Below are positions 57,101 to 64,000 of a DNA stretch of 64,000 bases, piece after piece (position 1 is the stretch's first letter; the number at the start of each line of letters is the position of its first letter). The position numbers and the translations under genes are program-made. The stretch is from the human T2T-CHM13v2.0 reference genome, Homo sapiens. The notes below the pieces were generated by a model. That model had not been told where the DNA came from. It ran no database searches and saw nothing but the letters and a program-made list of their open reading frames with translations. The DNA is taken from NCBI RefSeq assembly GCF_009914755.1, contig NC_060929.1; one strand, given 5' to 3'.

Positions 57101-60100
57101 TCCATTCCATTCCATTCCATTCTTTTCCATTCCATTCCACTCGGGTTGATTCCATTCCATTCCATTCCATTCCAGTCCATTGCACAAGGTTTGATTCCAT
57201 TCCATTACATTCCAATCTATTCCATTCAATTCTATTTCATTGCTTTCCACTCCATTCCATTTGTTTCCATTCCAGTGCACTCCACTCGAGTTGATTCCAT
57301 TCCATTCCATTCCATTCCTTTCCAATCCATTCCACTGTGGTTGATTCCATTCCATTCCATTCCATTCCATTGCACTAGGGTTGATTACTTTGCATTCCAT
57401 TCCATTTCATTCCATTCCATTCCATTTCATACCATTCCATTGCATTCCATTCCATTCCACTAGGTTGGATTCCATTCCATTACATTCCTATCCGTTCCAT
57501 TCAGCTTCATTTCTTTGCTTTACATTGAATTCCATTCGATTCCATTCCACTCCACTCTACTCGGGTTGATTGCATTTCATTCCATTCCGTTCCATTCCAT
57601 TCCCTTCCACTGGGGTTGATTCCATTCCTTTCCATTCCACTCCATAACATTCCCTGCTATTCCACTCGGAATAATTCCATTCCATTCCTTTCCATTCCAT
57701 TCCATCCCATTCCATTCCAATACATTCCATTCCATTCCATTCCACACGAGTTGATTCCATTCCATTCCATTCCATTCAATTCCGTTCCAATCCATTCCTT
57801 TCAGGTTGATTCTATTCAATTCCTTTCCACTCCATTCCATTCCATTCCACACCATTCCATTCCCTTCCATTCCAATCGGGTTGATTTACTTCCATTCAAT
57901 TCCATTCCATTCCGTTTCATTCCACTCCATTCCATTCCATTCCATTCCATTCCATTCCATTCCACTCTGTTTGATTCATTCCCATTCCATTCCATTCCAC
58001 TCGAGTTGATTCCATTCCATTCTATTCCATTTCATTCCATTCCACTCCATTCGATTCCATTCCATTCCATTCCATTCCATTCCCTTCCATTCCACACGGG
58101 TTCATTCCATTACCTTCCATTCCAATTGATTACATTCCCTTCCATTCCACTCGGAATGATTCCATCCCATTCCATTCCCTTCCATTGCATTCCATTATAA
58201 TCCATTCCATTCCATTCTATTCCACTCGAGTTTGTTCCATTCCATTCCATTCCATTCCGTTCCATTGCATTCCCTTCCATTCCATTCCGTTCCATTCCAT
58301 TCCATTCCATTCGGGTTGATTCTATTCAATTCCTTTACACTTCATTCTATTCTATTCAATTCCACACAATTCCATTCCATTCCATTCTATTCCATTCCAA
58401 TGGGGTTGAATCCATTCCATTCCATTTCGTTCCATTCTATTCTATTCTGTACCATTCCATTCCATTCCATTCCATTCCTATACATTCCATGCCATTCCAC
58501 TCGGGTTGATTCCATTTCATTCCATTCTCTTCGGGTTGATTCCATTCCATGGCATTCCAGTCCATTCCATTCGATTCCATTCCATTTCGTTCCATTCCTT
58601 TGTATTCCATACCATTCCATTCCATTCCACTCCATTGAATTCCATTCCATTCCATGCCGTTCCACTCGGGTTGATTCCATTCCTTTCCAATCCATTCGGG
58701 TTGAATCCATTCCATTCCATTCCATTCCATTCCACTGCACTAGGGTTAATTCCATTCCATTCCATTCCATTCCATTCCATTCCATTCCATTCCACTCCAT
58801 TCCATTCTGGGTGATTCCATTCCATTCCATTCCATTCCATTCCATTCCATTCCATTCCATTCCATTCCATTCCATTCCTTTCCACTCTGGTTGATGCAGT
58901 TCCATTCAGTTCCATTCCACGCGATTTGATTCCATTCCATTTTATTCCATTTCATTCCATTCCATTCCACGCCATACGATTCCATTGCATTCCATTGAAC
59001 TCGGGTGCATTCCATTCCATTCCATTCCATTCCATTCCTTTCCATTCTGGTTGATTCCATTACATTCCATTCCATTCCAATCCATTCCATTCCATTGCAC
59101 TCTGGTTTATTCCATTCCTTTCCATTCCACTCGATTACATTCCCTTCCATTCCACTCGGAATGATTCCATTCCATTGCATTCCATTCCAACTGTGTTGAA
59201 TCCATTCCATTCCATTTCGTTCCATTCCATTCTATTGCGTACCATTCCATTCCATTCCACTCGGGTTGATTCCTTTCCATTCCATTCCATTCGGGTTGAT
59301 TATATTCCATTCCATTCCATTCCATTCCATTCCATTCCATTCCATTGCACTCTGGTTGATTCCATTCAATTCCATTCCATTCCATTCCATTCCATTCCAT
59401 TGCACTCGGGTTGATTCCATTCAATTCCATTCCATTCCATTACATTCCATTCTATTCTGCTCCATTCCATTCGGGATGATTCCAATCCATTCCATTTCAT
59501 TCCATTCCATTCCATTCCATTCCGTTCCATTCCACTCGGGTAGATTCCATTCCATTCCTTTCCATTCCATTCCATTCCCTTCCATTCCATTCCATTCCCT
59601 TCCATTCCACTCGGGTTGATTCCATTCCTTGCAATTCCACTCGATTACATTCCTTCCATTCCACTCGGATTGATTCCATTCCATGCCATTGTATTCCATT
59701 CCAATCCATTCCATTCCATTCCATTCCACTCGAGTTGATTCCATTCCATTCCATTCCTTTCCGTTCCATTCCATTCCATTCAGGTTGATTCTATTCAATT
59801 CCTTTACACTCCATTCCATTCCATTCCATTCTATTCCACAGAATTCCATTACATTCTATTCCATTCCAATTGGGTTGAATCCATTTCATTCCACTTCGTT
59901 CCATTCCATTCTATTCCGTACCATTCCATCCCATTCCATTCCATTCAATTCCATTCCATTCCTTTCCATTCCATTCCACTCGGGTTGATTCCATTCTATT
60001 ATTTTCCATTCCATTCCATTCCCTTCCATTCCACTCGGGTTGATTCCATTCCTTTCCATTCCACTCGAATACATTCCCTTCTATTGCACTTGGAATGATT

Positions 60101-60679
60101 CCGTTCCATTCCATTCCATTCCATTCCATTCCATTCCATTCCATTCCATTCCTTTTCGTTCCATTCCATTCTATTCCGTATCATTCCATTCCATTCCATT
60201 CCATTCCATTCCATTCCATTCCATTCCATTCCATGCCATTCCATTCTGGTAGATTCCATTCCATTCCATTCCATTCCATTCCATTCCATTCCATTGCACT
60301 CGGGTTGATTCCGTTCCTTTCCATTCCACTCGATTACATTCCCTTCCGTATCACTCGGAATGATTCCATTCCATTCCATTCCATTCCATTCCATTCCATT
60401 GCATTCCATTCCAATCCATTCCATTCCATTCCATTCCACCCGAGTTGATTCCCTTCCATTCCATTCCATTCCATTCCATTGCGTTCCATTCCGTTACATT
60501 CAATTTGGGTTGATTCTATTAATTTCCTTTACACTCCATTCCATTCCATTCCATTCCACACAATTCCATTGCATTCCATTTCATTCCAATTGTTTGCATC
60601 CATTCCATTCCATTTCGTTCCATTCCATTCTATTCCGTACCATTCCATTGCTTTCCATTCCATTCCATTCCATGCCATT

Positions 60680-63600
60680 CCACTCGGGTTGATTCCATTA
60701 CTTTCCCTGCCACTCGATTACATTCCCTTCCATTCCACTCGGAATCATTCCATTCCATTCCATTCCATTCCATTCCATTGCATTCCATTGCATTCCATTC
60801 CATTCCATTCCATTCCATTCCATTCCATTCCATTCCATTGCATTCCATTCAAATCCATTCCATTCCATTCCATTCCACTCGAGTTGATTCCATTTCATTC
60901 CATTACATTCAATTCCATTCCATTCCATTCCATTCCATTCCATTCCATTCAGGTTGATTCTATTCAATTCCTTTACACTCCATTCCATTCCACACAATTC
61001 CATTCCATTCCATTCCATTACATTACATTACATTACATTCCATTCCATGCCATTACATTCGGGTTTATTCCATTCCCTTCCATTCCACTCGGGTTGGTTC
61101 CATTCCAATCCATTCCATTCCAATCCATTCCTTTATATTCCATTCCATTCCGTTCCACTTGGGTTGATTCCATTCCATTGCGTTCCATTCCATTCCATTT
61201 CATTCCATTCCATTCCATTCCATTCACTTCCAGTCGGGTTGATTCCATTCCATTCCATTCCATTCCTTTCCATTCCTTCCCATTCCATTGCTTTCCACTT
61301 TGTTTCACTCCATTCCATTCCATTCCATTCCGTTCCATTCCATTCCATTCCATTCCATTCCATTCCATTCCATTCCATTCCATTCCATTCCATTCCTCTT
61401 GGGAAGATTCCCTTCCATTCGATTCCATGCCATTCCATTCCATTCCATTCCATTCCATTCCATTCGGTTGATTCTATTCAAATCCTTTACACTCCGTACC
61501 ATTCCATTCCATTCCATACCATTCCATTCCATTCCAATCCATTCCAATTGGGTGGAATCCATTCCATTCCAATTCGTTCCATTCCATTCCATTCCATTCC
61601 ATTCCATTCCATTCCAATCGGGTTGATTCCATTCCATTTAATTCCATTCCAATCCATTGAATTTCATCCCATTCCATTCCATTCTAGTCGTTTCCATTCC
61701 ATTCCATTCCATTCCATTCCATTCCATTCCATTGCAGTCAGGTTGATTCCATTCCATTCCATTACATTCCATTCCATTCCAGTCCATTGCACTAGGTTTG
61801 ATTCCATTCCATTACATTCCAATCCATTACATTAAGTTCCATTTCATTGATTTACATTCCATTCCATTCTGTTCCATTCCACTCCACTCTACTCGGGTTG
61901 ATTGCATTTCATTCCATTTCATTCCATTCCAATCCATTCCATTCCATTCCATTCCATTCCACTCTTTTTGATTCAGTTCCATTCCATTCCATTCCACGTG
62001 AGTTGATTCCATTCCATTCTATTCCGTTTCATTCCATTCCACTCCATTCAATTCCATTCCAATCCATTCCATTCGGGTAGATTCCTTACCATTCCATTCC
62101 ATTCCATTGCATTCCTTTCCATTCCATTCCATTCGGATAGATTCCATTCCATTCCATTCCATTCCACTCCATTCCATTCCATTCCATTCCACTGCACTCA
62201 GGTTGATTCCATTCCCTTCCTTTCCATTCCATTGTATTCCATTCCTTTCCTTTCCATTCCATTCCACTCGGGTTCATTCAATTCCATTCCGTTCCATTCA
62301 ATTCCATTCCCTTCCATTCCACTCGGGTTGATTCCATTCCTTTCCATTCCATTCGATTACATTCCCCTCCATTCCACTCGGGTTGATTCCATTCCACTCC
62401 TTTCCATTCCATTCCATTCCCTTCCATTCCACTCGGGTTGATTCCATTACTTTCCCTTCCACTCGATTACATTCCCTTCCATTCCACTCGTAATAATTCC
62501 ATTCCATTCCATTCCATTCCATTCCATTGCATTCCATTGAATTCCATTCCATTCCATTCCATTCCATTCCATTGCATTCCATTGAATTCCATTCCATTCC
62601 ATTCCATTGCATTCCATTCCATTGCATTCCATTCCAATCCATTCCATTCCATTCCATTCCACTCGAGCTGATTCCATTCCATTCCATTCCATTCCATTCC
62701 ATTCCATTCCATTCCGTTCCATTCCATTCCATTCCATTCGGGTTGATTCTGTTCAATTCCTTTACACTCCATTCCATTCCATTCCATTCCATTCCATTCC
62801 ATTCCATTCCATTCCATGCCATTACATTCGGGTTTATTCCATTCCCTTCCATTCCACTCGGGTTGGTTCCATTCCAATCCATTCCATTCCAATCCATTCC
62901 TTTATATTCCATTCCATTCTATTCCACTTGGGTTGATTGCATTCCATTCCATTCCATTTCATTCCATTCCCTTCCAGTCGGGTTGATTCCATCCCATCCC
63001 ATTCCATTCCTTTCCATTCCTTCCCATTCCATTGCTTTCCACTTTGTTTCACTCCATTCCATTCCATTCCGTTCCATTCCATTCCATTCCATTCCATTCC
63101 ATTCCATTCCATTCCATTCCTCTCGGGAAGATTCCATTCCATTCCATTCCATTCCATTCCATTCCATTCCATTCCGTTCCGTTCCATTCCATTCCATTCC
63201 ATTCGGGTTGATTCTATTCAAATCCTTTACAATCCGTACCATTCCATTCCATTCTGTACAATTCCATTCCATTCCAATCCATTCCAATTGGGTGGAATCC
63301 ATTCCATTACAATTCGTTCCATTCCATTCTCTTCCATTCCACTCTGGTTGATTCCATTACTTTCCCTTCCACTCGATTACATTCCCTTCCATTCCACTCG
63401 GAATCATTCCATTCCATTCCATTCCATTGCATTCCATTCCATTCCATTGCATTCCATTCCATTCCATTCCATTACATTCCATTGCTATCCATTCCATTCC
63501 ATTCCATTCCACTCGAGTTGATTCCATTCCATTCCGTTCCATTCAATTCCATTCCATTCCGTTCCATTCCATTCCGTTCCATTCGGGTTGATTCTATTTA

Positions 63601-64000
63601 ATTCCTTTACACTCCATTCCATTCCACACAATTCCATTCCATTCCACTCCTTTCCATTCCATTGCATTCCATTCCATTCCATTCCATTCCATTCCATTCC
63701 ATTCCATTCCATGCCATTACATTCGGTTTTATACCATTCCATTCCATTCCACTCGGGTTGGTTGCATTCCAATCCATTCCATTCCAATCCATTCCTTCAT
63801 ATTCCATTCCGTTCCATTCCACTTGGGTTTATTCCATTCAATTGCGTTCCATTCCATTCCATTTCATTCCATTCCATTCCATTCCATTCCATTCCATTCC
63901 ATTCCAGTCGGGTTGATTCCAGTCGATTCCATTCCATTCCTTTCCATTCCTTCCCATTCCATGGCTTTCCACTTTGTTTCACTCCATTCCATTCCATTCC
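60680..64000 (+). repeat. ~0.9 kb unit in three copies (~60680-61600, ~62430-63340, ~63340 to the window end)
   Basis: gattccattactttccc at 60691, 62440 and 63350; gctttccactttgtttcactcc at 61290, 63034 and 63964; gggaagattcc ~61401/~63125; ggtggaatcc 61551/63291. Confidence 0.85.

Larger units (their letters stand above)
1..64000 (+). repeat. Satellite 3 (HSat3/SatIII) array, (CATTC)n with interspersed A(C/T)TCGGGTTG 10-mers; human or other great ape heterochromatin
   Basis: Uninterrupted CATTC pentamers from the first to the last base. Recurrent ACTCGGGTTG/ATTCGGGTTG is the classic satellite III 10-mer. The HSat2 monomer pattern (CATTCGATTCCATTCGATGAT-type) is not dominant. The + strand is very G-poor and there is no large inversion. 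Confidence 0.98.
1..64000. promoter_or_regulatory. Dense array of MCAT/TEAD-type motif matches (CATTCC[A/T]); possible binding platform and possible SatIII lncRNA template
   Basis: Motif match only: the TEAD core CATTCC is formed by every pair of adjacent pentamers. Occupancy or transcription of this particular array cannot be seen from sequence. Confidence 0.35.

Noticed and set aside
1-64000. Hundreds of ORFs on both strands (HSIPF and MEWNG repeats)
   Set aside because: (CATTC)3 translates to HSIPF and (GAATG)3 to EWNGM with no stop in any frame, and the - strand has an ATG every 5 bp. The ORFs overlap in all six frames and carry no domain signal.
1-64000. CRISPR-like repeat/spacer arrangement around ACTCGGGTTG
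   Set aside because: The intervening sequence is the same pentamer at variable length rather than unique spacers, and there are no cas genes or leader.
1-64000. HSat2, alpha satellite/CENP-B boxes, telomeric repeats, Alu or L1 insertions
   Set aside because: CATTCGATTC is only sporadic. I saw no 171-bp monomers, no TTAGGG arrays (the few ctagggttg are point variants of ctcgggttg) and no non-satellite interruption.
1-64000. Assignment to a specific chromosome, HSat3 subfamily (e.g. 9q12 or Yq DYZ1) or species
   Set aside because: This needs a k-mer or alignment search. There is no regular 3.5-3.6 kb DYZ1-like period, but a positive assignment cannot be made by eye.
1-64000. A single regular higher-order repeat spanning the window, or a hidden novel genetic system
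   Set aside because: The periods are local and differ (70 bp to ~15 kb). All structure I observed is explained by nested duplication, slippage and mutation of satellite DNA.

Overview
The whole 64 kb is primate (human-type) classical satellite 3 (HSat3/SatIII): a (CATTC)n pentamer array in one orientation, C-rich strand on +, interspersed with the diagnostic 10-mer A(C/T)TCGGGTTG (reverse complement CAACCCGA(G/A)T) and its derivatives. I see no genes, RNA genes, transposons, CRISPR arrays or unique sequence. Every ORF in the track is an artefact of the stop-free pentamer (HSIPF / MEWNG repeats). The real content is a nested duplication history readable from rare variants: (1) a recent, near-identical ~11.03 kb tandem duplication (27128-38156 / 38157-49197) whose junction lies in a 28-bp homology; (2) an older ~5.5/6.4 kb dimer beneath it; (3) ~3.8-3.9 kb, ~1.55 kb, ~0.9 kb, 835/380 bp, ~200 bp and 70 bp duplications, plus dispersed paralogous blocks; (4) a small set of ordered variant cassettes reshuffled throughout; (5) a perfect 20-bp palindrome made by a short inverted insertion, in four copies; (6) a more diverged right-hand end. 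I did not find a novel biological system. All alignments were done by eye or from offsets between identical ORF translations, so most boundaries are approximate; chromosome and subfamily cannot be assigned without a search.
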